This document shows positions 26,066 to 38,484 of a stretch of DNA of 64,000 nucleotides, piece by piece. Location: positions 17,546,001 to 17,610,000 of the forward strand of contig OZ004615.1 in NCBI GenBank assembly GCA_963924565.1, read 5' to 3'. The position numbers and the translations under genes were made by a program. The stretch comes from Ascidiella aspersa (Eukaryota). Each line of letters opens with the position of its first letter. The stretch's first letter is position 1. The notes below the pieces were generated by a model, which was given only the letters and a program-made list of their open reading frames with translations, was not told the origin of the DNA and searched no databases.

Positions 26066-26444
26066 GCTAAAACCAAGAGAATTTTTTTATTAATATATAT
26101 TTGGTTTTGAGTATTTGCCAATCGCCCATCTGACTGGCCTATATTTCATTAACAACAAATTAGCAGTGTAATGTAATAGAACCAAATGTACTTAATGGAC
26201 CGATTTGCTAAATTTATGGTTGAAAAAGTATTTTTATTCAAAAAAAAAAACTGTAAAGCATTACAAATAAACTTGGAAAAAACATTTTTATTTGTGTTTA
26301 TCAAACAAAAAATTTGTGACGTGTTAAGCAATGTATACTAAGAAAAACAACCAAAAAACTCTCTAGTTTACGATTTGATAATAAACTTTGTACCATTAAT
26401 AAATTGTTTTTTATTCAAAGTAACAAATATAAAATACTGCTTAC

Positions 26445-27975
26445 CTAACAAAAATCTATTTGGATTTCAGTTAATTTAGGTAAGATATATGCTCTTCTTT
26501 AAAATGCAAGGAAAATACAGTTTTGCCAACCCCAGTTATGAACTTCCTGCAATACAATACTTTTAGAATCAGTGTTGTTTACTAAATACTTAGTAATGTG
26601 TATTAAGGGGACAACGGCCCAGAAGAATTAATGAGAAAAAACATTACATTTATCTGAAACTTAAAATAATATATAGGTCTCCTTCTAACAGTTTGTTTTT
26701 ACTATTATGCATTTCATGCATATAAATGACATCAAATCCAATAGTAAAGTTTAAATTTATAAAATAAACAAAAAACAAAACAAAATTAGGCGCTGGTCTA
26801 CAATCCTAAAATAATGCACATTATGTCAAGTATTAATAATAAATAATGAATATAATAATACTTGACCCACCCACATCCAAAAGCTAACTTGCACCATAAC
26901 CAAAATATTGTGCGTTTATTTATTTATTGTGGTAGGATTCCAGACCAGCGCCCAAAATTAAAATATATAACTTTTGAGGTTAGAAAGTTAAGCAAGCTTT
27001 TTACAATGAAGGCAATACAAAATAGCTTTAAGGGTCAAGGACTAGTTAATTCTGCTATTTACTATATAACAAGACATACCTTTTTACGGTGACAACAGAA
27101 TGCAATTGAATTTCCTTTCGCATCAAGTTTTCTGTTTTTAGGCTTATCACGTTGGTATTATTATGTTATTTTGCTCATTAAGCAAAAAAGTAAACTGTTC
27201 TTATGTACCTATGCAATACAAATCCAAAGATAAAATGTGTTATTTACTTAAAGTTATGAGTAAATAATATTGTTTATTTTGTATGCCTTTATAGGTTTTC
27301 TTTTTAATCAATTTTTGACATCTGGTCATGTTTTAAAAACTCAGATATCTGGACTAAAAATTTAACATTATTTTAGCTATATCCTGACTAGCCCCAACCA
27401 GCGTAACGAAATAAGACAAGTAATAAAACTTAGCTTTTGTCAAAAAAACAATTTGATAATTTCAGCAGCTGAAACCACCTATAATTTTAAACCCGCTCAA
27501 CCGTGGACAATTTTTACATAGAGTACTAATAAAGTAAAGTTTTAAAGGTCCAGATGAGAAACTTAAAAACAAAATGGTTTTTAAAATGAGAAACTTAAAA
27601 CGCCAATTCCTTCAATATTTTTTTTACAAATGTTAAAAGCGTACAAATGAAACTTTTTATAAAACCAGCAATTGAAAATAAACTTTAACATATTAAGTTT
27701 TACCGCTAGATGCGGTATTGCTTTATCCTAATTAGGTCTGTAAGTTTACGTTTTAGGACAATCATAAATTTTGTTAGCGGTTGGATATTAGTTATATCTA
27801 TTTGCTTTTTTCGTAATAATAAAAGCAACGTCGGCGATAAAACCAAACTGATCTTGTCAAATCCAACGTTCAGACACATTATATAATTTTCGAAACCAAC
27901 TTACTTAACTTTATTGTTTTTTGAAAATGCCAGGAACCAGGAGCAGGAACGGATCCAAGTCACGAGACCTACTTA
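26445..27975 (-). other. Candidate LRRFIP 5' UTR exons (~27960-27905 and 26546-26445) and promoter region
   Basis: The ATG exon starts directly after an acceptor (ttggttttag|C ATG), so an upstream exon or spliced leader is required. Donors gtaagt at 27904 and gtaagc at 26444, acceptor gtattgcag at 26547. CpG density rises above ~27400. Confidence 0.35.
26787..26955. mobile_element. Small TIR element sharing an internal motif with the 29.6-kb element
   Basis: Inverted ends ggcgctggtct..aatcct / aggatt..agaccagcgcc. Confidence 0.55.
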
Positions 27976-28126
27976 TCCCGCAATGTTTTGAATATGCCAC
28001 AATTAAAAACAAAAATTACGCAAACCTAAACTAGATAGACATTCAGTTTATCATTCATTCCGAAAGTATTTTTTTCACACCAACTTTATCTACCGAAGCT
28101 TTGTGGAAATTAGCGTCACTAATGCG

Positions 28127-28604
28127 CAGGCGCGGATCCACGACTTTTGTTTGGAGGCGGGCATTGCATTTTTTTAAAGATGGCGTTACAAAGTTAGCCT
28201 ACGGTACATTTAAAGTAAACTGACGCCATATAGGCTATCGTAGTAATCTGAAGAACAACACACGATTTGAAATGTTTGAGGTTGAAGAGGTGTTACTTTC
28301 AATATAAAAGCTACATTACAAAGATCAAAGATGTTATCGACTCGCGCAAAGCGAAAAAACACCTTTATGTCGTTTAAGTTGACAAAAGTTTCCTTTTCGA
28401 GGGTCCGATGACATGAGGCGCACGTTGCCTTTAGCTAGCGCTGAAACGATTTTATCATAACGCGGAATAACATACAAAAAAAATAGGATTCGGGCACTTC
28501 TGTAGTTTAAACATGTTGCAAATAGGCTGGCTACATTAAAACAAACAAAAAATACAGTTTTGTGGGGGTATGGCTACGTGCCACTTCCCCTGGATCCGCC
28601 TCTT
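28127..28604. mobile_element. Degenerate MITE
   Basis: Inverted ends caggcgcggatcca / tggatccgcctc with G-rich subtermini. Confidence 0.5.
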
Positions 28605-29276
28605 CAAATGCGTCTTGCATGTATCCTATTAAACAGTAAGATTGGTTAAATTAAACCTAATAAATGCATTTGTTCTACGGCTACGTTTTGGGTGAATAAT
28701 TTTGTTTGCACAACTTAATATAGCCTAAACTCAGTCTTACTTGCACATTGTGCACGGGAATTTATTCCAATATTGTGCCTGCATTTATGCTTATAAGCTT
28801 ACCCAACCATAAAAATTCTATCACGCTAGAAAAAAGGTTAACTCCTATATTATTGGCGTCATAATTAACGTATAGATTCGGATAGTCAAAAAAGCAGATA
28901 GTTTTAAGTAAGTGTCAAATGCTATAACGTTTAGAAATGTTTATTCGACGTTTTATATAACAGTGCCTTTTGTATTAAGTATGTTAACCAACAAGCCTCG
29001 CAAAACTGACTGACTTCGAAAAAAAATTCCCGCTGTGTCACAAGCCAACCCCAGTTTATAGGGAGCCAGGTTCTAGGCTGCTCTATTGAATTGCAATATT
29101 TGATTTAGCACAATCCCTGACAAACAGAATTATAGTTTGGGAACAATAAAAAGTAGATGAAGTCTTAACTTTTCTGAACTTTTAAGAAACCTGCTTTTCT
29201 CACGCAAAAAAGTTTTCGTTAAGACGCATTAGGCACATATAAAAGTTTTTGACACATTTTCAATATCAAGGGTAAA

Positions 29277-29350
29277 AATTTAGGACTAATTCCGATGAAT
29301 TTAGGCCTTATTCCGACAGATTTAGGTCTTATTCAAACGATTTTTATCTT
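29277..29350. repeat. 21-bp minisatellite, ~3.5 copies
   Basis: atttaggNcttattccgaNNN units. Confidence 0.7.
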
Positions 29351-29642
29351 ATCCTGTACTGGATATTATTGCGTATTTGGCTTTATTATGTCGTTCGTCT
29401 TAATACTGGTTTTATAGATTTTTCTGCTTTAGGTATTGTTGCTTTTTAGGTCTTGTTGTGTGTTTCCAATTATTTTTACTGAGGGGCGACTGGCGTAAAA
29501 ATATGTCATAGCGGGCCGGACCATAAAGAGCAACTAAAATAGAGTGATTCTTAAACAGAAGTGAATAAAAGAATTCTCAATTTTCAACAATTTTTTTTCT
29601 GAAAATGCGGAAATCGATGTGTTTGAAATCATTGCCGATACA

Positions 29643-30251
29643 TTCACCCCATTCGTCAGAAATTTGTGCAGTTCTAAGCAAAAAGGTCTACGACAATTAG
29701 TGTATTCAAAGGATGAAAAAGTCCGACTTTTAGACTTTGAAGTCTTGGACAATGCACTAATTTGACTTAACAAATTGCGTAAGAAGATTAAGTTTAATAA
29801 TACTTGACCCACCCGAACCCAAACACTAAACAGCACCCTAACCCAAATAATGTGTGTTAATTTAATAATTATAACGCTTCTGGTCCCAATACCTCAATTT
29901 GTGACGTAACAATCCTACATAAAATGGACGAAAAACTATCTTATGATCATCCCAGTTGCTTTTTTGAGCGTTTCATTAATTATTAAATTAAAGCAAATTA
30001 TTTGGGTCAATATTCGGGTTAGCGTTTGGTTTAAGTGGTCAAGTGCTAGTAATCTCACATTTTTTTGTTATCTTTTGTGAATTTTTAATAAATATTTTTA
30101 ATTTATTTACGTCGGGAGTTTACCCAAAGGTCCAAATTAGTACAGTGCCACGACTTCAAGGTCTAAAAGTCAGACTTTCCTGGCTTAGGTAGCCCTAATT
30201 GTCCTAGACCTTTTTGCCTAGAAATGCACTAATTTCTAACGGATCGGGTGA
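29643..30251. mobile_element. ~610-bp element with ~125-bp imperfect terminal inverted repeats
   Basis: 29643-29766 (tcacccc..agaaatttgtgca..aaaaaggtcta..gacttttagac..) is the imperfect reverse complement of 30128-30251. Inner tacttgacccaccc..ctaaccc motif is shared with 26858-26930. Confidence 0.7.
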
Positions 30252-31591
30252 TACATTTCAAAGCCTTGACTTCCAAGCACATTATTATAGCGTTTCTCCC
30301 TGACACAGATTTCAACATTGAATTCACGGAAATGTTTGGAAAATTTCCGGCGCATGGCAACCCTACTCTATATGGCCACAAAACAGTTCGCTGACGTTGG
30401 GTTAATAACAAATCGTAAATCAGGATTTTTGATTAGATTTATGTTTCTTACGTCACTATTGAAGGCCTATTGATCATTGTGCACACAGCCTTGTATAAGG
30501 TGGTTTTAGTAATAAGCTGGGTCAACATACTGTATCTAGGTTAAGTTCTAGACCACCTGGTGTAAAAAGTTGGCCTTAGTCATGCAGCTAAGGTATTAAT
30601 GTGTGTCCCGCAAGGAGGTAATTTTAAAGCAAAATGCTCAGGTGTAGACGGTGGAATGCCACAAATTTAGTTACAACCTAAACTTGAATGGCTTTTATAA
30701 ATATATGAAACTAATATGTTTATCAGGTGCAACCACGTTTCACATATTATAGCAGGGATGTTCAACCTGCGAGCCACAGGGCGACCGTCAGAGCCTCAGC
30801 AGTAGCCCGCTAAACTTGTTACAATTGTACTTTATAATTGCTAGGAAGGACTGCAGCAAATTCCTTGCTATGCATTTGTTTGACTAGTATGCTATGTTAA
30901 GACTGAGTGGTAGAACAACAGATCTTTAGACGGTCGTAAAGTTAAAATGCTTGTTATTTTGATTTAATCTTACGATGCGGGTGTTTCAACAAAAGCTGTT
31001 AGCAAAATGACGCTAAAATCTAACATAGTTGCCTTAATCTATCTCCTCGCGTAAGAACTTATTAATTAAGTCAATACGATATTATGCTTTTATTTATAAT
31101 TTACCATCACTTGAGTCTGAGCACGACAAATAACAGTCGATCTATACCTACGTTTATGTGCAACAAAGCAGCTGCAGAGTTGCAGGAGTATACGTTACTG
31201 CGAAACCACTCGTGCGCCCGAATGCATTCAAGTGCCTTTCCGCCAAACATCTTTGGAGTGGAATTCTTACCAAAAACGTGTAGCCGTCTTACAATGAAAA
31301 TAGCATTTCCATTTGGCGTATAGAATACAGGTAAAAAAAATTAGGGAAAATCTTGGCGGCAGCAAATAATGGAAAAGAGAAAAATTTGCTTAAAAAAGGC
31401 ATATAGTTTGACAAAAGATATTGTTTAATTTTTCTTCAACAATAAGCTGTTATTAACACTATAAGCTAAGTAACTGTATCTATAGGTATAAATAACCAAC
31501 TTATTCTGAGCAAAGCGTTGTGCGTCTCGTCTTAGAGTTTTCGTAGAGTGTTTTTATTTACGGACAGATTTTACACTTCATGCCTTTAAAC

Positions 31592-31808
31592 CTCTGATTC
31601 CCAAACTGCGTGCCGCATGCGCAAGCGTTTTAGATTTAAATACGCCCTACCTATTACAGTTTAATCATATTGAGACACTTACATATAGTCTGTCGTGTGT
31701 TAAGGGCGATTGTAAAATTACTCTATTGTGGTTCTGTTGAATGTGTGCGGCGAAATAATTAAGATTTTTTTTAGTGTTCGGCGAGCCAAAACAGTTTGGG
31801 TATCACTG
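31592..31808. mobile_element. hAT (Charlie-like) MITE, 217 bp
   Basis: Degenerate TIRs ctctgattcccaaactg / cagtttgggtatcactg; perfect 8-bp TSD CTTTAAAC. Confidence 0.8.
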
Positions 31809-34518
31809 CTTTAAACGATCAATACAACTCTTTCGCTTAATTCTATGATACCTCATTTTTCTGGTTGATATAACTTGTAAAACACATTTCAGAACTGTTA
31901 AAATGATTCAAAAAAGGTTGTTTGACTTAAAAAAAAATATATTAGCGTCTGATAATTTCATGTCTTTCTTATAAACTAGATTTGCAAATGAAGTTGGCGA
32001 CCTTTAGTGTAAATCTACAGTGGCTCAAGGGTAGGTTCTTTGATAGGTATAGTTGCAAGCACGCACTAGGTATATTTGCAATATGACGATATTTTTAATT
32101 TAATTGTATCGCTATCTTACTAAAGTGGCTTGCGACATATTTTACGCGAAATATGCCCCTTTATTTAAGTTGAATGCCAATACAGTGCAGTATGTGTGTT
32201 CTCTTACCTAACCTCTAAGGTTACTTAAAATCAAAGAACAGGCCAAATAGCTGAGCGAAATTGGGCGTTAACATCTGTCCAATGACGTTCCTGCGACAGA
32301 ATTTCGAAATCTCTGTGATGTTTAATGCAAGTTTTTTAAGACGAACTCTTTTTTCCTTTTGTCTGCTGTCGCAACATTGTGTTTAGGTGTTAATAAAAAT
32401 CTTCTTTAGTTAGTGACCAAGCTAAATTGGGCGGTAACCATTGAGGCCATTAAAGAGTCACTTAAAGGTTTATCCAAAAGCGCGTGGAACTAAAGTTTTC
32501 CTGAGTTCAAAAACGTAAAACATAAGAAAATGTTATCCAGGGGACAATACAGTCAATACACGCTTTTAAAAGTTAACGCGAACAATAAAACTTTATGTCC
32601 AATTGTGGATTTTTCAAACAATATGCGTATGCGAAGTAAAACTTCAAATTTTGCTTTCTGCAAAGTTATAAGTTCTGCAACAGTTGGTGAACTAAAGTGG
32701 CTATTTGGTAAAAGTAAAAATAAACTACACAAAAGCTATATTTTGTGAAAATGGAATATCAAATAACGATTCGATTCCTGCGTCAGAATATACAAGTACC
32801 GCGAAATAACAAAAATGCAAAATGTTGCAGAAGCTGGAAGACAACGAACAAACAATTACCATTATTCATTGTTTCAATATCCTTAACAAAATATTAGCGT
32901 GTTTTTTTCTTTTTTTAAAGCGAATACTGCGCTCAAGCCATTTGGGTCAAACTAGGACTAGGTACTAAAGGTCGTTTACAAATTGGGTGACCTTTGTTGC
33001 TAAAACGCGACGGCATACATGACGAAACGCGAATTGACTAACTGATGCGAATGAGGATGCCGTATGTCGATTTACACTGATCGACCGTAGGGACAGAAGG
33101 CTCATCTCTGTTTAATAATGCGCTAGAGTTCACGGGCCATTTGTGTGGCCACTTCAAAAACAGCCGGCTCCTTTTTGCAACTTATTTTCGTGGCGTTTTG
33201 CGCGACTAGGGTCTGCAAAAGTGCACAAACACATTAAGGGCGGAAAACAAACATCCAACTGCTTATTAAGCGACATGATAACTTTTCAAGGGGTGAAGAA
33301 AAACGAACGTATGCCTGCGAATGAGAGCCTAGCGCTTAATAACAGCGGCCTTGTAAATAGACCTTGTAACAACTGTCTTGGCTACAAGCAGTGAATTGTC
33401 CTACTTTTGTCTTTGTTAAAACAGGGTTGCGTATATTGATTCTATTGGCGGAAGAGACTGAAGTGTTTATTTTGTTTTTAGCGTGTTGAATGTAGTTTGC
33501 ATTGTGGTGAAGAGCCTATGTTTGAGACAACAACAGAAACTGTTTGTTTCAGAAAAATAGGCAGAATTTGGGTATAATTGTTGGTACACAAAATAGAAAA
33601 CGCGTTGATGGTCGTATTGGTCGTAATGCATTTAGCTTTTATGACTTTTGTGAATCTATGCTTGGTACGTTTGGCAACAATGTAATGATATTCTCAAACA
33701 AAGCACATTATCCATACAATGTTTATTAAAAATTGTCACTTATATTCTAAAGTGGTAATATTTTAAATTATAACTCAAGAGTTCTTTTAAAAACCCCCAA
33801 AAACATTCGTCTTTCAAATGGCGGGTTTCCTGGTCAGTTTTTGTGTTCATTTCTGTCGCGGAGGGCTCGCGTTTCTTTCTGAATCGTTGTTAGCTTACTT
33901 CCCCCTAATATTCATTCATAAATCTAGTTCAATTGCCGTTATGTTATTCTTGCTTTATCATGTAATCGCATCCTACTATTTCTAACCATAGGTTAAAAAT
34001 ACTTGTGGCATCAAAGGAAGATTCCATAATCGTGAGTTGTTGTTTTTGCGCGTATTATTGACTTAAACGCACAATAGATGTTTTCTTCTTTCGAAAAGGC
34101 ACTATTCGGCAAGAAATATTTTTAGCGAACTTGCGGTTTTCACAACTTTGTTGCTGTAACGCATAGAAAGGACTAGTCGAGATTGGCGTTTTGTATAATG
34201 AATGAAGCGTTTAACGTTGAAAACACAATTAGTACCAAGAAACGAACAATAGGCGGATGCCAAGGGTCAGGTACAAACGTGGCGAAAATGTGAAGCGGGT
34301 TTAGTTTTAGTTTTAAATACGAATTAAATCAAAAAACGTTGTTTGAAACGCAGTACAAACGCTGTTTTCGGCTTGATTGAAGGATAGGACATTTATAACG
34401 TTTTGTTTATTCTATTAAGGTGTTAAAATTCGCAAAACAGACTTTCAACGCCGCTAGAAATGTGACATTACCTTAACGTTTTTTTCTGAATTAAAAAAAC
34501 GCTTTTGAAAAAAACGGC

Positions 34519-34826
34519 TGTCACGTGACATGTATTGCACAAGTCCAGACGATCACGAGCCAGAGAAGTTCTTCCATTGGACAGAGGGCACGGAAGAAAG
34601 TCGGCATCTGCCTTCCTCTCTCCTCGTTGCCAGCATAAAAGGGCCCACTTTCCGAGTGGGAAGCGTTAGTAGAAACGGTGCGCTTTGTTCCAAGAAACAG
34701 GCAGCGTTGGATCTTGTGTTCTCTTGAGACGTTGACGCCGAATGAGCGTTACTTCGCTGGCTTGGGTAGCACGCTGTAGGCGTCTCATCGCTTGAGTTTA
34801 ACAGACTCCAGATTGTCTCATAAGGG
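34519..34826 (+). promoter_or_regulatory. Candidate SLC6 promoter and non-coding first exon
   Basis: TGTCACGTGACA palindrome 34519-34530, ATTGG 34576-34580, TATA-like CATAAAA 34634-34640, a CpG-rich stretch, then donor AAGG|gtaaat at 34826. The ATG exon is preceded by an acceptor at 40993, so upstream exons exist. Another candidate donor at 36550 (cag|gtaaga) and acceptor at 40498. Confidence 0.4.
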
Positions 34827-34854
34827 TAAATGCTGGTAACTATTTAAATCTAAG

Positions 34855-35007
34855 TTAAAATAGGTTGTTCTGGCATATATTTCTTCAACCAACATTTCGG
34901 CTTACTATACGGCAAGCCTATATAGTAAGCCGAAGCGTTGGTTGAAGAATTATATGCCAGAAGAACCTATTTTAAATATACTATGCCTGGTAGCAGCAGC
35001 AGATTTA
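34855..35007. mobile_element. Fold-back copy of the same hammerhead-bearing family (55-bp arms plus tail)
   Basis: Arms 34855-34909 and 34921-34975, near-identical to 51135-51198. Tail tactatgcctggtagca. Near-direct repeat ttaaat(c/a)taagtt on both flanks. Confidence 0.75.
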
Positions 35008-37671
35008 TTAAATATAAGTTGTATGTATCTGCTATAGAAAGGCGATATGTGATCTTTTGATGCATTTTTGCCAAAACTGCATGAAGATGCTCCGTTTAGT
35101 AACGTTACGCTAGGTGTAAGAATAATTTTTTGTAACTAAAATATAAGGCTTTGTCGTGTTAAATGTTCAGCATACTATGTTTGGTGTCATCTTGCGAAAA
35201 GTAAACCACTTAGCAAGTGTAGTATATAATAGAAAACCCGCAGGATAGAAAAATTGACCTTAAATTTTGTCTCTCTCCAATTTAAAGCCACTATACTTGC
35301 AAATATTCTCTTTTTAGGCAACAAGAGTAACATTTCAAAGAGACATCAATGCAATTGGCGACAAATCGTTTTGTCAAGTTGTTTAAAACTAAAGATTTCA
35401 GTGGCATTCGGCGGACGTTATTATTGCTGATCAAGTGTTGCGACTGAACTGTCTCAAATGTTTGTCGCTCGTCGTGTTGTGCACATGCAGCAATTTTACG
35501 AAAAACATGTTTTTTCGATACTAGTACTGTCACGGTCGACAGTTTAGCAACAAACCTGATTAAGGAGTTGAGTACGCCAGTTCAAAAATGATTACAAAAA
35601 AGGCGTAAACAGGTGGTCTCCGAAATCGCTTTTCACTTGGCGTGCTAAGTATCACAGCGTACATTTAGTGGGGTGCCAACGGTTAACACGTTTCTGTTAG
35701 CTTTGGACCGCAACTTTCAGCAACTTCATTACCTTTTAATATGCGACCTGATTTTTATGTGCAAATAAATAGCCCTCTTTACCGACGCTTATAAAAGCAA
35801 GGACTGCCGGCAAACGCGCTACTTTTTGATTTGCGATTTATTTCCGATGGTGTTAAATTTAAATAACGACCAAAAAAATGATTTTGGTGGAACGTCTTTT
35901 GAAATGAGTCAGGATGGGTCACTGCATAACAACACCAGGAAAGAATCGATTTTAATTAAAGCCGAAGCAACCCAATCTGGTAGTCATTTGTGCCCTGTTG
36001 GTGGCGGCGCTCGACTGGGGAATTAAAAAGCAGTTTTCCCACCTTACTAAGCTTTGAGAATGACGGCGAAATACACGATAAGAAACCGGTGGCGTGGGAG
36101 ATCGGTCGCCAGTAACGCCACAGTATCAACTGGGCAGGTTTGGAACTGAACAAAGTACAGTCCACACATTCGGCTGTGAAAATGGGTTCGTTCCTAGGCA
36201 AGTGACTTGAATTGAGTATGGAGGAAATTCGGCTGCAGTTCGCTCATAACAGTAGTTAAAATACAAAATATAATTTGTTGATTAAAAAATCCCTAAACGT
36301 ATGAAAACGTTTTCACAACTTTGATTGTTTTTTGTGTGCGGTGTATGGAATAAATTTGTTGATAACGTTTGTTCAGTACTGTTTACCTACAGTCCTATAA
36401 TATTTCTTTTGTCGTAAGGTTTCATAGGTTCTCTGTGAAGTTAACGTTCGTTGCTTACTCTTTTGCTTGCTTCAAAGTGAACAGTGTGTTAGCTTCCGTG
36501 TCTAATCAGCAACCCGCTTGGAAAGCGAAGCAGTCCAGACCCGGCTCAGGTAAGATAACGTTACTTCGGTGTTGTTTTACCCACTTTATAGCGTAACACT
36601 TTTGTGCCGCTTTCGCTCAAATTGCCCAACTCACTTCCACGAAGTAGTTCTCGTGGCCCCCTCCCCAAATCGATAACGTCTCGAGTAGAAAATTCTCGAA
36701 TAGCTTTAAAGTATTATTTCTTTGCGCCTGAAACGACGCCGTTAACAATGGGCCTTTTGTTGCCCCCCCTCCCCTTAACTTCCCACTGTTTCGAGTCGGC
36801 GCCGAGCGGCACAAAAGTTCCTACTCTTGAGTACTACTCGTGTAATTCTGCTAAAAGTCTCTTAACCTTGACGAATATGCTGCAAACCAAAAAGAGCTGG
36901 GCACCTCTGCGGGTCGCGCTACGTAGAAACGTGTGGTGGTGTGTTATCTGTAAAATGTCGAACTGATGTTCTACAGCCTTCAGGGCGCGTGGTTTCAAAA
37001 CTATGACAGCCACGCTCGGGCAACTTTTAATGTCTAATGTTACCAGTTTAAATGACATCATATCATATCACCCTACTGTCGATCTGTACAGATTGACCAA
37101 AAAAAAGTCCTAAAATTGATCGCACAGTATATCAACGGCGATAGGCTGTGTTAACATCCATATATCATACAAAATATAAAGAAGGCAATTTTTAGTTGTA
37201 AAATGTTTCGCCCCTGCGTTGTCTCACATTAATATTATAAGCAAAATCGTTTTTAAATTGGTCCACAATGATTGTTACTCAAAAATAAACAAGTTGTCAG
37301 CTTATGTATGAGATTATTTATTATCACAAATAAATCTTTTGAAGTTTTGCTTAGTACACTTAAAAATGGTAACGACATTTTTAAATCACTTATTTTGCAA
37401 CATGAGTTAATACTGTAATTGAAAGTATGTGTGCGTTTAGGATTTACACGGATGTCTTCTAGTGAGCGATTTAGAAGAAATTTTCTCTTATGATTTTTTT
37501 GGATGTTATGAGATAGTAAATTAAAAGTCTATTAACGGAAAATAAAGTAAACGACAAAATTGTACACCAGTTAAAATCAAGATAACTTTGTTTGTGTGTA
37601 ACTTTTTTTTACTATCGCATTAAGGGTAATACTGAATGCACCTAACCATAGGATAAAAGACGACGTTTCAA

Positions 37672-38484
37672 CAGTGGTCGGCAACCTTTTTCTAGTCGCG
37701 AGCCAAAACCAAACTTAGAAAGGTCTCCGCGGGCCGCACAAAATCTTAACTAAGGATTGTGTTTTTAAAATCTTTGTATATGGCCGTATTTGTCCTAATT
37801 TTAAATAGAGAAATCAGGTGGCACTGTATAAAGACAAATTGTATTTGATTCTCGACAAGCTTTCGCACAACCGTGCTTCATCAGGTCAAAGTACCTGATG
37901 AAGCACGGTTGTGCGAAAGCTTGTCGAGAATCAAATACAATTTGTCTTTATACAGTGCCACCTGATTTCTCTGTTTTTACAATGTTAGAGCAACTGTTAA
38001 TCAGGCGGGCCTCAGATGTTTTTGCGCTTACAGATGTGTTTGATTACATTTAAGGAGGCAGTAAGTTGTTGGCGCCAATCGCGAAAAACGGCGTTTGTTT
38101 CGTTTAAATTAGAGTCCACACTTCGTCATCCATAATACTAATGAAAAGTGTAATGATTTCTCGTTGAAAAAATGCGATAACTTAAATTGTTAATCTAGTT
38201 CAGTGTTTGCTAACCTTTAAAGTTAGGGCACACCTGGCGAGCTAAGCGATCGCGATTTTTTTGGTATAGCGGCATTTTTTCAAGTTTTTAGGACTTTGCA
38301 TAAAATAATAAAAGTCAGCCCTCCACGCCACAACGGCTAAAAAGCGCTGATATATATTTTTGCACTTACTTAGTTAAATAGCAAAAAAGTATATGCCTAT
38401 AGTTTGTCAAATAGGCGGCGGGCCGGGGAATGAATTAAATTGGTAGGCCGAATCCGGCCTGCGGGCCGTAGGTCGCCGACCTCT
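37672..38484. mobile_element. hAT (Charlie-like) MITE hosting the 80-bp palindrome
   Basis: TIRs cagtggtcggcaacct / aggtcgccgacctct; repeated gcgggcc subterminal motifs; TSD unclear. Confidence 0.65.
37807..37972. mobile_element. Perfect 80-bp inverted repeat with a hammerhead-ribozyme-like core in each arm (Penelope-like element terminus)
   Basis: Arms 37807-37886 and 37893-37972 are exact reverse complements around a 6-nt spacer. Core CTGATGA-A-GCAC-ggtt-GTGC-GAAA-GCTT at 37895-37922. Confidence 0.8.
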
